A stretch of DNA of 64,000 nt from Nitrospiraceae bacterium (GTDB taxonomy: Bacteria > Nitrospirota > Nitrospiria > Nitrospirales > Nitrospiraceae), in the NCBI GenBank assembly GCA_035454865.1, contig DATIGF010000102.1, positions 16,513 to 80,512 of the forward strand, written 5' to 3'. How positions within the stretch are numbered: position 1 is the stretch's first letter; each line of letters begins with the position of its first letter. Positions 19,729 to 30,801 of the stretch are shown here, piece by piece. The position numbers were made by a program, and so were the translations under genes. The notes beneath the pieces were generated by a model. It saw only the letters and a list, made by a program, of their open reading frames with translations. It searched no databases and was not told the DNA's origin.

Positions 19729-21540
19729 ATGAATTCCAGGGTCAAGAACTTGCTCTTTTGGGTCGTAGTCGGCTTGTTCATGATTCTGCTCTTTAATCTG
19801 TTCAGCGTGCCGACTCACGCGCCCGAAGAAGAGGTCATCTTCAGTGATTTCATGGCGAAGCTCGATAAAGGCGATATCGAGAAAGTCATCATTAAAGCCA
19901 ATCATATCAGCGGGGTTCTGAAGGACAAGACGCGCATCCGCACCTATTCGGCGGATTATCCTGATCTCGTCAAGGTTCTGCGCGAAAAGGACGTCCAGAT
20001 TGAAGTCAAGCCGCCGGACGAAAGCCCCTGGTACATTACGTTTCTCGTGACGTGGGGACCGTTCATTCTCTTCCTCGGTCTCTGGTTCTTCCTCATGCGT
20101 CAGATGCAGATCGGCGGGAATAAGGCTTTGTCCTTCGGGAAGAGCCGTGCCCGCATGCTGACCGAAGAGCGGAAGAAGGTGACCTTCTCCGACGTAGCCG
20201 GTGTGGATGAGGCCAAAGAGGAAGTCCTTGAGATCATTGAGTTCCTGAAAGATCCCCGGAAGTTCCAGAAGCTTGGCGGACGTATTCCCAAGGGGGTGCT
20301 GATCGTGGGCCCTCCGGGAACCGGAAAGACGCTGCTGGCGAAAGCGATTGCCGGAGAAGCCGGGGTTCCGTTTTTCAGCATCAGCGGGTCGGACTTCGTG
20401 GAAATGTTCGTCGGGGTCGGGGCGTCGCGGGTGCGCGATTTGTTTGAGCAGGGCAAGAAGCACGCGCCCTGCATCATCTTTATCGATGAGATCGACGCGG
20501 TCGGTCGTCTGCGAGGCGCGGGACTCGGCGGCGGACATGATGAACGTGAGCAGACGCTGAATCAGTTGCTGGTGGAGATGGACGGGTTTGATACGACCGA
20601 GGGCGTGATTCTGATCGCGGCGACGAATCGACCGGATGTCCTCGATCCCGCGCTGCTCCGGCCGGGCCGGTTTGATCGGCAGGTTGTCGTGAATCGACCT
20701 GACCTTCGCGGACGTTCGGAGATTCTGAAAGTCCATACGAAGAAGGTGCCAGTCGCGGCCAATGTGGAACTGGAAAAGATTGCACGCGGGACGCCTGGAT
20801 TTTCGGGCGCCGACCTTGAAAATCTCGTGAATGAGGCCGCGCTGTGGGCGGCTCGTCAGAACAAAAAGGAAGTTGAGGTCGTGGACTTCGAAATGGCGAA
20901 GGACAAGGTCCTCATGGGGGCCGAACGCAAGAGCATGATTCTGAGCGATGAGGAAAAGCGGGTCACGGCCTACCATGAGGCCGGGCACGCATTGATGGCG
21001 AAATTGCTGCCGGGAACGGACCCGGTTCACAAAGTCACGATCATTCCGCGAGGTCGGGCACTCGGCGTCACCATGCAGCTGCCGACCGACGACCGGCACA
21101 ACTACTCCAAAGAGTTCTTGTACAACACGCTGGCCATTCTCATGGGCGGCCGTGTCGCGGAAGAACTCGTGTTCAAACACATTACGACCGGCGCGGGCAA
21201 TGATTTGGAGCGGGCAACGGATCTAGCCAGAAAGATGGTCTGTGAATGGGGGATGAGCGAGAAGTTGGGACCGTTGACGTTCGGGCGGAAAGAGGAAGAA
21301 ATCTTCCTGGGACGGGAAATTGCAACCAAGCGGGATTTCAGCGAACAGGTCGCGCTGGAGATTGATCTTGAGATTAAACGCCTTGTCACAGAGAACTACG
21401 AACGTGCCAAGCGCGTGCTGACCGAACAGATGACCAGTTTGAAGGCATTGGCCGAGGCGCTCTTGGAAAAAGAAGTGCTGGATGCGCCGGAGATCGATCA
21501 GATTCTATTACAGTCCTCCTCACAAACGGTTCCTGCCTAG
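19729..21540 (+). CDS. ftsH: ATP-dependent zinc metalloprotease FtsH
   Basis: Two TM segments, GPPGTGKT Walker A, IFIDEID, HEAGH zinc motif. Confidence 0.98.
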   Translation: MNSRVKNLLFWVVVGLFMILLFNLFSVPTHAPEEEVIFSDFMAKLDKGDIEKVIIKANHISGVLKDKTRIRTYSADYPDLVKVLREKDVQIEVKPPDESPWYITFLVTWGPFILFLGLWFFLMRQMQIGGNKALSFGKSRARMLTEERKKVTFSDVAGVDEAKEEVLEIIEFLKDPRKFQKLGGRIPKGVLIVGPPGTGKTLLAKAIAGEAGVPFFSISGSDFVEMFVGVGASRVRDLFEQGKKHAPCIIFIDEIDAVGRLRGAGLGGGHDEREQTLNQLLVEMDGFDTTEGVILIAATNRPDVLDPALLRPGRFDRQVVVNRPDLRGRSEILKVHTKKVPVAANVELEKIARGTPGFSGADLENLVNEAALWAARQNKKEVEVVDFEMAKDKVLMGAERKSMILSDEEKRVTAYHEAGHALMAKLLPGTDPVHKVTIIPRGRALGVTMQLPTDDRHNYSKEFLYNTLAILMGGRVAEELVFKHITTGAGNDLERATDLARKMVCEWGMSEKLGPLTFGRKEEEIFLGREIATKRDFSEQVALEIDLEIKRLVTENYERAKRVLTEQMTSLKALAEALLEKEVLDAPEIDQILLQSSSQTVPA

Positions 21541-21553
21541 TCCGATCGCGATA

Positions 21554-21591
21554 CACAGCAGCCCCCTTTCCGGGGCACGGGGGCTGCTGTG
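21554..21591. repeat. 13-bp inverted repeat after ftsH (no T tract)
   Basis: CACAGCAGCCCCC...GGGGGCTGCTGTG. Confidence 0.65.
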
Positions 21592-21682
21592 ACAGTACTA
21601 CGTGAACAAGGGCCGATCAGTCGGGCGCTCGGTATTGTGCGCCCGGCCTGATGCAGCTCTGTCGGGAATAACTTCTTGTGAT

Positions 21683-22591
21683 GTGATCGACGTGGACGCG
21701 TCTTCGTTGCCGATATCATCCCCGCGAGACTGGTTCCTGGCCAAGGGGCTGGAAATCCGGTGCGACCGACGCCCGCTGCTCATGGGCATTGTGAACGTCA
21801 CACCGGATTCATTCTATGACGGAGGACAATACGCCAAGCCCGAGCAGGCTGTCGCACATGCGCTCAAGTTGGTCGAGCAGGGGGCGGATATCCTCGATAT
21901 CGGTGCGGAGTCAACCAGACCCGGGGCCCGCCCGGTGAGTGAACAGGATGAGCTTGCGCGCGTGATACCGGTGGTTGCGGAACTTGCCCGCCGCGTCACG
22001 GTACCGATTTCGGTGGACACCACCAAGTCGACAGTGGCCCGGCAGGCCTTGGATGCCGGGGCGTCCATCATCAATGATGTGAGCGCACTGCGGTTTGATG
22101 GTGAGATGGCGACGGTGATTGCCCGGTCCGGCGCGGGGGTTGTCCTGATGCATATGCAAGGCACTCCTCAGACGATGCAGAAATCGCCGCACTATGAGAA
22201 TGTGGTGGAGGAAGTCGGGCGCTTTCTCGATGAACGCATGCAGGCGGCTCAACAGGCGGGCATTGCCAGAACGAACATCGTCCTTGATCCGGGCCTCGGT
22301 TTTGGTAAGCTGCTGGTACATAATCTCGACCTATTGAATCACCTGTCATCCTTTGACATGTTAAACCGCCCACTGCTCATCGGTCTGTCACGCAAGGCCT
22401 TTATCGGACAGATTGTCGATCGGCCTGTCGAGCAGCGGGAGTGGGGAACGGCTGGGGCTATTGCGCTGGCGGTCGAACGAGGCGCGCAGATTCTGCGCGT
22501 CCATGATGTGGCGATGATGGCGGATGTCGTGAAAGTGGCGGCTGCTGTGAAAGCGCGCGCGGCTTCAGCCAGGCAGGAGCACTATGCGTAA
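21683..22591 (+). CDS. folP: Dihydropteroate synthase (start uncertain)
   Basis: [41 protein letters not shown]. Confidence 0.95.
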   Translation: MIDVDASSLPISSPRDWFLAKGLEIRCDRRPLLMGIVNVTPDSFYDGGQYAKPEQAVAHALKLVEQGADILDIGAESTRPGARPVSEQDELARVIPVVAELARRVTVPISVDTTKSTVARQALDAGASIINDVSALRFDGEMATVIARSGAGVVLMHMQGTPQTMQKSPHYENVVEEVGRFLDERMQAAQQAGIARTNIVLDPGLGFGKLLVHNLDLLNHLSSFDMLNRPLLIGLSRKAFIGQIVDRPVEQREWGTAGAIALAVERGAQILRVHDVAMMADVVKVAAAVKARAASARQEHYA

Positions 22592-23933
22592 GTTGTTCGG
22601 AACCGACGGCGTCCGGGGCGTGGCCAATCTCGATCCCATGACCAGTGAAATGGCGATGCAGTTGGGTCGGGCGGCTGCGCACATCTTCATGCGGCGGGCC
22701 GGTCGGCATCAAATTGTCATCGGCAAGGATACCCGCATTTCCGGCTACATGCTGGAGTCCGCCTTGACGGCAGGGATCTGTTCCATGGGTGTCGATGTGC
22801 TGTTGGTCGGACCGATGCCGACTCCGGCCATCGCCTTCTTGACCCGCAGTCTGCGGGCGGATGCCGGAGTGGTGATTTCGGCGTCGCACAACCCCTATCA
22901 GGACAACGGGATCAAATTCTTTTCGAACGACGGTTTCAAATTGCCCGACGAGGTGGAGGCTCGAATCGAAGAGTTGATCGTCTCGGATGAGATCAGCCAC
23001 CTCCGGCCCACCGCCGATTTGATCGGGAAGGCGTACCGACTGGATGATGCGGAGGGACGGTATATCGAATTTGCCAAGCGCTCACTGCCCAAAGATCTTG
23101 ATTTTCAAGGGCTCAAACTCGTCGTCGATTGCGCGAATGGTGCGGCCTACAAAGTGGCGCCGACAGTCCTCAGGGAACTAGGGGCGAAGGTCGAGGTGAT
23201 TGGAAACAAGCCGGACGGCATGAACATCAATGCGGGCTGCGGGGCCGTCCATCCTGAACAACTCCAGGAAGCGGTATGTCATCACCAAGCCGACATCGGG
23301 ATCGCCCTGGACGGCGATGCCGACCGGGCGATCTTCGTGTGCGAACAGGGAACGATTGTGGATGGGGATCACGTAATGGCGGCCCTGGGACTCGATCTCC
23401 ACCATCACGGACAGCTGGCCAAGCAGACGCTGGTCGGGACTGTGATGAGCAACTTCGGGCTGGAACTCGCGATGGCCAAGGCCGGAATCAAGCTGGTGCG
23501 GACTCCGGTCGGCGATCGCTACCTGCTGGAGCGTATGCTGACCGATGGCTATAACTTCGGCGGGGAACAATCGGGTCACTTTATCTTTCTCGACCACAAT
23601 ACGACCGGGGATGGGCTCATTTCCGCCCTGCAAATACTGTCTCTCATCAAGCGGACGAAAAAGCCCTTGTCAGAATTGGCCAAAGCGATGTCCGCCGTGC
23701 CGCAAGTGTTGCTGAACGTGAAGGTCAAGGAGAAGCCGGACCTGGAGTCGATTCCGGATATTGATCGGGCCATTCGAGAGTGCGAACGTCGCCTCAACGG
23801 CAGCGGACGCGTGGTCGTTCGGTATTCGGGGACGGAGCCGTTGTTGCGGATCATGGTGGAAGGGGAGAAAGACGCCGTGATCAACGAAGTGGCCGAGAAT
23901 CTTGCCCGCGTCGTGCGGGCTCATATCGGATAA
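22584..23933 (+). CDS. glmM: Phosphoglucosamine mutase
   Basis: [34 protein letters not shown]. Confidence 0.97.
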   Translation: MRKLFGTDGVRGVANLDPMTSEMAMQLGRAAAHIFMRRAGRHQIVIGKDTRISGYMLESALTAGICSMGVDVLLVGPMPTPAIAFLTRSLRADAGVVISASHNPYQDNGIKFFSNDGFKLPDEVEARIEELIVSDEISHLRPTADLIGKAYRLDDAEGRYIEFAKRSLPKDLDFQGLKLVVDCANGAAYKVAPTVLRELGAKVEVIGNKPDGMNINAGCGAVHPEQLQEAVCHHQADIGIALDGDADRAIFVCEQGTIVDGDHVMAALGLDLHHHGQLAKQTLVGTVMSNFGLELAMAKAGIKLVRTPVGDRYLLERMLTDGYNFGGEQSGHFIFLDHNTTGDGLISALQILSLIKRTKKPLSELAKAMSAVPQVLLNVKVKEKPDLESIPDIDRAIRECERRLNGSGRVVVRYSGTEPLLRIMVEGEKDAVINEVAENLARVVRAHIG

Positions 23934-23959
23934 CTGTCCCTCCCGCATGAGGGAGGCTC

Positions 23960-26509
23960 ATGCTGCCATCCCTCACAGTCGCATTTCTCCTTGGCCTCGT
24001 CTCCGGGTCACAGATCCCCTTCTTCCCCGTAGTCTCATTCGGCCTGCTGGCGGTCATCGCCATCGGGTTGAGTCTTCTCGAACGCGCCGGCCTCCTCGAC
24101 TCACGACACGCGCTGATTTTGTACGCGTCACTCTTATCCGGAGTGTTCTACTGGAGCGCAGCCACGCCGCGTCAAGCCGTTCATCAGACTCCTCCGAATC
24201 GTCGTGACATCAACCAGGTGGAACTCGTCGGCCTCGTAACGGCCCCGGTTCAGCATGGGCCCGGTCGGCAGACAGTCGTGGTCGAAGCAACTGAGGGCAT
24301 TCCGCAATCGGGGAAAGTGCGGCTGGTGTGGCGCGAACCGGGCAGCACTCTGCATCAGGGGGATCGCATTGCGTTCCGTGCGAAGGTCCATCCCCCCAGC
24401 GGATCGTTGAACCCCGGAGGATTTGACTACGCGACCTATCTGGAACGGCAAGGGATTGATCTTGTAGCGACCATTACGGGCCCGGACGCGGTGCATGTTC
24501 TGGAGTCGGGTGCCGGATCATGGCGTTGGCTCGCCTGGAATCGGATCGATCGCTGGAGAGCGATGATTCGGGATGCTGCGATCCACACTCTGGACCAGCC
24601 GGCGCTCGGGATCTTTCTCGGCATCGTTATCGGGGAACGAGGATTTCTTCAGCAGGAGCTTCAAGAATGGTTCATGGTGACGGGCACCGTTCACCTCCTG
24701 TCGATCTCAGGGTCACATCTTGGTCTCGTGGCCCTGGTCGTCTTCTGGATGGGAAAGCGCCTCGTTCTGTGGCTTCCCGCTGAACTACTGTTGGCGGTGT
24801 CTCGGAAACTCACTCCATCGAGGATTGCGATCCTCCTGACCTGGCCGACGGTGGCGCTGTATGCGCTGCTGGCCGGAGCCGAACTGGCGACCATCCGCTC
24901 ACTGGTCATGATTACGCTGGCTTTAGTCGCCGTGTGGCTCGGGCACGACCGGCATCTGCATCATGCCATGGCGGTGGCGGCGCTGTTGATTGTGGTGCAC
25001 GACCCCCGTGCGATCTACGATATTTCGTTTCAACTGTCGTTTCTTTCGGTGCTCGTCATCGTGCAAACCGCCTGGTGGCTCACGCAATGGCACGAGCGAA
25101 GCTCTGATATCGTGAAGAGTACGGCGCAGTCCATCCTCGAATACGGTCGTGATGCGCTGTTGATGAGCGGTGCTGTGACCCTGGCCACCCTTCCCGTGGT
25201 CGCCATCTACTTCAATCAGGTTCCCTGGCTGGGTGTGTTGACGAATCTCATCGCCATTCCTTTCACGGGGTTTGTCCTGGTGCCGCTGGGATTGCTCGCG
25301 GCAGCGTGGACCGTTCTGACCGGGGCCGGGGACTTGGTGATGGGAAGAGGTCTTGAGCAGTCGCTCAACTGGATGGTTCAGGGACTTCGCTGGTGCGCCG
25401 GAGTTCCCGGAGGGGAGTGGCATATCGCTGCCCCGGCGATACCGGCGGTCGTCCTGTTCTACGCCGGACTTCTTCTGGCAAGCGCCAGTGTTGCGGGGCG
25501 CCGGCTCCGCGTAGTCGGCGCGGGTCTGGTGCTTCTCTTGGCGTGCTGGTGGGTGCTGTCCCCTCGATGGGGGGTGGACGGCGATCGCTGGCGGGTGACA
25601 TTTCTTGACGTAGGGCAGGGGGACAGCGCGGTGATCGAATTGCCTGATGGTCAAACGGTTCTGATCGACGGCGGAGCCAGGTATGAGCGATTTGACATGG
25701 GGCGCGGAGTTGTGGCGCCGTTTCTATGGAATCGGGGAATTCGTCACCTAGATCACGTCGTGGGAACTCATCAACAACTGGATCATGTCGGCGGGTTGAT
25801 CTGGATCCTGCGGCATCTCTCCGTGGGACAATATTGGGGAACCGGCGTTGAGCGGTCCGAACAATTCGTCGCCGATTTAAGGGCCGCATTAAACGAGAAG
25901 CAGAGGCACGAACAGATTGCACATCGCGGTGATGACCTGTTGCGATCTGGTCCCTGTCGATTGATGATTCTTAATCCGTCGGCGGAAGGGAGGGTCCAGC
26001 CGGTGGGCCGGCCTCGCGGTGGGACGTCCCTGAATGACGAGTCGATCGTTTCGCGACTGCAGTGCGGCGCCCACTCGATTCTGTTTGGAGCGGATATCGA
26101 GGTCGATGGCTTGCGCCGGCTGAGTGAGGAGGGTCGTCAGCCGGTGACGCTGTTGAAAGTACCCCATCACGGAGCGCGCAGTTCGCTGGACCGTGACTGG
26201 ATCAGGCAGATCCGTCCGCAGTACGCGGTGATATCGGTGGGCCGGGCGAATCCGTACGGACATCCCGTGCAGGCGGTGCTCCAGGCCTATGCCGAGCAGC
26301 ATGTGGCGGTGTCCCGCACGGATCTCGATGGGGCCGTCTGGGTCACGGGTCGTCTCTCACGTTCAGACGTGGTCTTGACCCGCATGCGCGAGTTGATTCC
26401 ACGTCCGGTTGAAGCTCGCCGGTGTTTCTGGAGTTGCGAGCAAGAGAACTGGCATCGACTGTGGCTCCAGTTCGTCGAGCGCGACGGCCTTCCTTTGGTT
26501 CGTTCCTAG
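23960..26509 (+). CDS. comEC: DNA uptake channel ComEC/Rec2
   Basis: NPGGFDY, HLLSISGSH, SFQLSF competence domain; DVGQGD and KVPHHG metallo-beta-lactamase domain. Confidence 0.93.
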   Translation: MLPSLTVAFLLGLVSGSQIPFFPVVSFGLLAVIAIGLSLLERAGLLDSRHALILYASLLSGVFYWSAATPRQAVHQTPPNRRDINQVELVGLVTAPVQHGPGRQTVVVEATEGIPQSGKVRLVWREPGSTLHQGDRIAFRAKVHPPSGSLNPGGFDYATYLERQGIDLVATITGPDAVHVLESGAGSWRWLAWNRIDRWRAMIRDAAIHTLDQPALGIFLGIVIGERGFLQQELQEWFMVTGTVHLLSISGSHLGLVALVVFWMGKRLVLWLPAELLLAVSRKLTPSRIAILLTWPTVALYALLAGAELATIRSLVMITLALVAVWLGHDRHLHHAMAVAALLIVVHDPRAIYDISFQLSFLSVLVIVQTAWWLTQWHERSSDIVKSTAQSILEYGRDALLMSGAVTLATLPVVAIYFNQVPWLGVLTNLIAIPFTGFVLVPLGLLAAAWTVLTGAGDLVMGRGLEQSLNWMVQGLRWCAGVPGGEWHIAAPAIPAVVLFYAGLLLASASVAGRRLRVVGAGLVLLLACWWVLSPRWGVDGDRWRVTFLDVGQGDSAVIELPDGQTVLIDGGARYERFDMGRGVVAPFLWNRGIRHLDHVVGTHQQLDHVGGLIWILRHLSVGQYWGTGVERSEQFVADLRAALNEKQRHEQIAHRGDDLLRSGPCRLMILNPSAEGRVQPVGRPRGGTSLNDESIVSRLQCGAHSILFGADIEVDGLRRLSEEGRQPVTLLKVPHHGARSSLDRDWIRQIRPQYAVISVGRANPYGHPVQAVLQAYAEQHVAVSRTDLDGAVWVTGRLSRSDVVLTRMRELIPRPVEARRCFWSCEQENWHRLWLQFVERDGLPLVRS

Positions 26510-26715
26510 GCCGCCCAGCTTCCCCCTGATCCCTCTCGGTCATTCGTACAATGCCGGTCAAGAGTGACCGTTTTTGTCGTTCTCAGGCAGGAATGCTGAT
26601 GGGACGCAGCACGAGTAGTAGGAATTCCGCACTCTTAGCAAAATGCTAGCAGGGCATAGCATGTGCAGACTCGGCATGCCTGCAGGCACCATTGCGCCCA
26701 AAGGGAGTCATAATC

Positions 26716-26892
26716 ATGTCCAAGCTTGTTCGTATCGTCATTCAGCTTCCCGTTGAGTTGAAAGAGCAGCTCGATGCACTCAAGCAGCAGGGCTACACCA
26801 CAAGCGGCTTCATCCGGGCCACGTTGGAGAGGGAGCTTGGCAAATTGGGACCGGATTCACAGCCCCGGATGCGAAAGGTTGTGAACAAGTAG
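26716..26892 (+). CDS. Small ribbon-helix-helix (CopG-like) protein
   Basis: 58 aa: RIVIQLP strand, then two amphipathic helices (ELKEQLDAL, SGFIRATLEREL); GGGAG RBS. Confidence 0.65.
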   Translation: MSKLVRIVIQLPVELKEQLDALKQQGYTTSGFIRATLERELGKLGPDSQPRMRKVVNK

Positions 26893-27055
26893 ATCCGTTG
26901 TGCTGTCCGGTGCCGGACAATGGACGGCATGACGCGTGGTCTTGCCCTTGTCTAGGCCGGGTAGATGGCCGCGATAATCACGCTGCTGGAATGCACCGGC
27001 CGTCGGCAGCAGTAATGACTTGCACTCTCCCTTCGTTCCCGCTAGAAGATCCCCC

Positions 27056-28087
27056 ATGGTTCCAACCGTTGAATGGAAAGACGGCACGGTTCGCCTGCTG
27101 GATCAAAGCCGGCTTCCGGGGGCCGTCGAGTTTCTCACCTGTCGAGACTATCAGACAGTCGCCGACGCGATTCGAACGCTGAAGGTCCGGGGCGCGCCGG
27201 CCATCGGTGTGACGGCGGCACTTGGCGTGGCCTTGGGCGCGCAATCCGTCAACGCGACCGATTATCCGGCCTTTGCCCAGGCGGTTCTGACCATTTGTGA
27301 TCGTCTCGCGGCGACCAGACCGACCGCCGTCAATCTGTTTTGGGCGATCGAGCGGATGAAGCGGAAACTCGAATCGCTGCGCAGCCAGCCGGTCCCGTCA
27401 ATCAAACAGGCCCTCATCACGGAGGCCCAGGCCATTCTCGATGAAGACATTGCACTCTGTAAGGCCATGGGGCGCTACGGTGCAGAGCTGATCAAGGACG
27501 GGCAGACGGTGTTGACTCACTGCAATGCGGGGGCTCTCGCAACAGCCGGCTATGGGACGGCGTTGGGAGTCATCCGGGCCGCATGGGAGCAGGGGAAGAA
27601 GATCCAGGTCATTGCCGACGAAACCAGACCGGTCTTACAAGGCGCCAGGCTCACGGCATGGGAACTGATGCAGGATCATATCCCCGTCACGCTGATTACT
27701 GACAACATGGCAGGCTCATTGATGCGGGAGGGGAAGATTCACCTCTGTGTCGTGGGCGCGGATCGCATTGCGGCGAACGGGGACGTGGCCAATAAAATCG
27801 GCACCTATTCGGTGGCCGTGTTGGCCAAGGCGCACGGTATTCCGTTTTTCGTGGCCGCGCCTTATTCGACAATCGATCTGAAGACAAAGTCAGGGGCCGA
27901 CATTCCCATCGAACAGCGTAATCCAGTGGAAGTCACGACCATTCACGGCAGCCACCCCGTCGCGCCGAAGGATGTGGCGGTGTACAACCCCGCATTCGAT
28001 GTCACCCCGGCCGCACTCATCACCGGCATCATCACCGAACGGGGCGTTTTCAAGCCCGACGAGCTGGCCAAACACTTTTCCTCTTGA
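27056..28087 (+). CDS. mtnA: Methylthioribose-1-phosphate isomerase
   Basis: [42 protein letters not shown]. Confidence 0.96.
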   Translation: MVPTVEWKDGTVRLLDQSRLPGAVEFLTCRDYQTVADAIRTLKVRGAPAIGVTAALGVALGAQSVNATDYPAFAQAVLTICDRLAATRPTAVNLFWAIERMKRKLESLRSQPVPSIKQALITEAQAILDEDIALCKAMGRYGAELIKDGQTVLTHCNAGALATAGYGTALGVIRAAWEQGKKIQVIADETRPVLQGARLTAWELMQDHIPVTLITDNMAGSLMREGKIHLCVVGADRIAANGDVANKIGTYSVAVLAKAHGIPFFVAAPYSTIDLKTKSGADIPIEQRNPVEVTTIHGSHPVAPKDVAVYNPAFDVTPAALITGIITERGVFKPDELAKHFSS

Positions 28088-28096
28088 ACTGAGGGA

Positions 28097-28534
28097 GTGG
28101 ATATGGAAGAGCTCCGGAACGATCTCCTTCTCAAGGAACTCAAACGGATCAAGTGGCTGCTGGTGCTGATCGCCTGCGGGCTGCTTTTGTTGCCATTCTC
28201 TCTGATGTACGTTGGATGGCAAGTGGCCTCAACGCTGGTGCAAGAGTCGACTGACGAAGATAGAGAAGACAGCTTTGAAACGGTCGCTGAAGATTTATTT
28301 CAATCAGGAAAGCTCGACGAACTCGACATGCTCATCGAGCGGCGGAAGAGAGATCATCCTAACGACGCCACTGTGTTTTGGTACCGGGGGCGCATAGCGG
28401 TGGAGCGAGGAAATTGGGAGCTGGCCTTGCATGAACTTGAAAAAGCCGAGCAACTCGCGCCCAACTGGAAGCAGGAATATACAGGGCCGCTACTGGAAAA
28501 GGTGCGCGCCAAACTGCCCCGCCCGCAACGATGA
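28097..28534 (+). CDS. Membrane-anchored TPR-like hypothetical protein
   Basis: One N-terminal TM; HPNDATVFWYRGRIA...ELALHELEKAEQLAPN is TPR-like. Confidence 0.65.
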   Translation: MDMEELRNDLLLKELKRIKWLLVLIACGLLLLPFSLMYVGWQVASTLVQESTDEDREDSFETVAEDLFQSGKLDELDMLIERRKRDHPNDATVFWYRGRIAVERGNWELALHELEKAEQLAPNWKQEYTGPLLEKVRAKLPRPQR

Positions 28535-28633
28535 ACCTCGATGGCTGAGATGCAGACAGGTCGTGCAAATGTCCTGATGTAATCTGGGGTGATCTCCATT
28601 CGAGAGCAATCGTGTGCGGCCAAGGGAGCAGGC

Positions 28634-28662
28634 TTGCAAGCCACAAGTTGGCTACTTATAAT
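28634..28662 (+). promoter_or_regulatory. sigma70 promoter of ndk
   Basis: TTGCAA-N17-TATAAT. Confidence 0.65.
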
Positions 28663-28716
28663 GCGCGCACCAGTCTTCAATGTATTGTTTAACTGTTTGG
28701 AGGAACCGTAAGGACA

Positions 28717-29136
28717 ATGAGCGAACGAACCTTAGCGATCATTAAGCCGGATGCCGTGAAAAAGAATGTGATGGGCGATATTCTGAGCCGATATGAAAAG
28801 GCAGGATTGAAGCCCGTGGCTGTGAAACTCATGCAGATGTCCAGGCCGACGGCAGAGGGATTTTATGCCGTGCATAAAGCCCGGCCGTTCTTTGATAGCC
28901 TTTGTTCGTTCATGTGTTCCGGCCCTTCGCTGGTGCTGGTGTTGCAGGGCGACAACGCTATCAAGAAGAACCGTGAGTTAATGGGCGCAACGGATCCGGC
29001 TAAGGCCGACGCCGGCACGATTCGGAAGGTTCACGGGGCGAATATCGAATTCAACGCCGTACACGGATCGGATTCCCCTGAAACCGCGGCTTTTGAGATC
29101 GGTTACTTTTTCCCGGGCATGGAAATCTTCGGTTAG
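28717..29136 (+). CDS. ndk: Nucleoside diphosphate kinase
   Basis: [26 protein letters not shown]. Confidence 0.97.
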   Translation: MSERTLAIIKPDAVKKNVMGDILSRYEKAGLKPVAVKLMQMSRPTAEGFYAVHKARPFFDSLCSFMCSGPSLVLVLQGDNAIKKNRELMGATDPAKADAGTIRKVHGANIEFNAVHGSDSPETAAFEIGYFFPGMEIFG

Positions 29137-29137
29137 C

Positions 29138-29260
29138 AGGAATACTGAAAAAGTCCGTCAGCTTCGTTCCCGCCGCACTCAGAGGCTCAAGGTACGGCCA
29201 GGAGTACGATTCGCCTCTTCGCTTGCTGCGGCCTTGCTGGATGGATTTTTTGAGCGTCCT
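29138..29260. mobile_element. MITE-like intergenic element with imperfect terminal inverted repeats
   Basis: Left end AGGAATACTGAAAAAGTCCGTCAGC; reverse complement of right end AGGACGCTCAAAAAATCCATCCAGC; no convincing coding capacity. Confidence 0.6.
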
Positions 29261-29310
29261 TCAGGTTCAGGCATTCATTCTCTGGATTTAGACTCACACC
29301 TCGGAGGGCG

Positions 29311-30726
29311 GTGATTCTATTGCCCTTCACGCTCCGTCAGCTTCGGAAGACCGGAGGGAAGGCACTTGTCCTTTCCCTCTGCCTTGTATTGTCCTCTTGC
29401 GCTCCGCGGGCCAGTCAACTTCCGGCGATTCTTCCATCAGATGATGCAACGCACGATGATCCGGCTCGCGATGCACAGTCGCGTCTCCTCCAGGAGGCGT
29501 ATCGGGCATTCGTTCAAGAGCGCTATCCGACGGCCGTGCTGTTCTTTCGACGATTTGTCGATGTCGCGCGTGATTCTCCACGCATCGCTGAAGCGCGCTG
29601 GTGGTTGGGGCGCGCCTATGAACAGCTCGGTGATTACCGCGCGGCCATGGCGCAATATCGTGTGGTGGCAACCGGCCAGCTGTCGCAACAGGTGAACGGA
29701 CCGCTTTACGAAGGCCACGCGCTTCACAGGTTGGATGAGTTGCGGCAGCTCCATGCCGGTCAGCTTAATGGACAAACCGGACAGGTGGCACTCCGAGTCA
29801 CACCGGGACAACTTCCTTCCTCCGCGGGTCTCATGGCGTGGCTTCAAGACTTGGTACAAGGAGGGGTGACGACGTTGGTGGTTGAGCCTGCTCAGGCGCC
29901 GACGGCCGGTCGCGAGGGACTCAACTTTGAAGCGCTGAGTCGAATTGTGGCCGAGAGTCACCGTCTCGATCTCCGGCTGTGGGTCGCACTGAACCTGCAT
30001 CAGGGGAAGGGACTCGACCTCAAGCCGGGGTGGGTCACGACCACTGTCACCGGTGCCGTCCCCGGGGAAACAGCAATGCTCGATATCGCGAATCCTGACT
30101 ACCAGTTGGCTATCGAAGAATACGTCCGGGTACTCGCCCGTACAGGCTGCGACGGGCTATTGCTGATGGCGAGGCCGGTGACCGGATTTGCGGGAGAATT
30201 TTCGATCGATTCGTTTCGGGGGTTTGCCACCTCCTTTGGGATGAGTCTCTCTCCTGAGCAGGTATTCGCGGTGAGTCAATTGCCGGAGGCGCAGGCTCAG
30301 GAGCGAGCCGAGGTTTACTGGCGATGGGTAGGCTGGAAATCATTCAGTTATGCGAAGCTGGTGGCACGACTGCGCAAGGCGCTGCGGGAATCGAATCCGA
30401 CCGCCATGACTCTGGTTGAAGTGCACCAGGTTACGTTGAGTGCGCCACTCCAGGGTCTTGAGCAGTACGGTGAGGATCTGGCCGAGCTGGCGCCACGGAC
30501 CGGCGGTTCGGTGGTGGTGCGGCGTGAGGGGGAAGGCGGGGAGGCACTTCTCGAAAAGCTAGGGCAGCAGTTGGGGACGATGAATCGCGTGTGGATGGGA
30601 GTTCCTATGAAGGTGGCAGCCATTCCTCTCTCGATGGGCGAGCTGAAGCAGTCGCTTTCGGAAATTTCCGATTCTGCCCGATGGAACATGTTGATTCTGC
30701 CCGATTCAGCCCGGTCAGTTCCTTGA
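29311..30726 (+). CDS. Lipoprotein with TPR pair and degenerate PgaB-like glycoside hydrolase TIM-barrel
   Basis: LSSC lipobox; EARWWLGRAYEQLGDY TPR; DIANP...LAR..DGLLL and YWRWVGWK segments resemble the PgaB C-terminal domain. Confidence 0.6.
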   Translation: MILLPFTLRQLRKTGGKALVLSLCLVLSSCAPRASQLPAILPSDDATHDDPARDAQSRLLQEAYRAFVQERYPTAVLFFRRFVDVARDSPRIAEARWWLGRAYEQLGDYRAAMAQYRVVATGQLSQQVNGPLYEGHALHRLDELRQLHAGQLNGQTGQVALRVTPGQLPSSAGLMAWLQDLVQGGVTTLVVEPAQAPTAGREGLNFEALSRIVAESHRLDLRLWVALNLHQGKGLDLKPGWVTTTVTGAVPGETAMLDIANPDYQLAIEEYVRVLARTGCDGLLLMARPVTGFAGEFSIDSFRGFATSFGMSLSPEQVFAVSQLPEAQAQERAEVYWRWVGWKSFSYAKLVARLRKALRESNPTAMTLVEVHQVTLSAPLQGLEQYGEDLAELAPRTGGSVVVRREGEGGEALLEKLGQQLGTMNRVWMGVPMKVAAIPLSMGELKQSLSEISDSARWNMLILPDSARSVP

Positions 30727-30751
30727 CAAAACCTGGTAGGTCCCACTACGA
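30723..30751 (+). promoter_or_regulatory. sigma70 promoter of gcvH
   Basis: TTGACA-N17-TACGAT. Confidence 0.65.
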
Positions 30752-30801
30752 TCCGTCCGCATTAACCGTGCAGGGAGTTATTGAAACCTGATGAGGAGTC
30801 T

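Noticed and set aside
19681-21180. 499-aa minus-strand ORF, and many similar long antisense ORFs in the track (e.g. 4142..5122, 18068..19027, 15298..16143, 52397..53209)
   Set aside because: They lie opposite well-supported genes and have no recognisable motifs; such shadow ORFs are expected in GC-rich coding DNA
25755-25795. ComEC THQQLDH as an inactivated metallo-beta-lactamase motif
   Set aside because: The second His position is variable among ComEC proteins, so this is not evidence of decay
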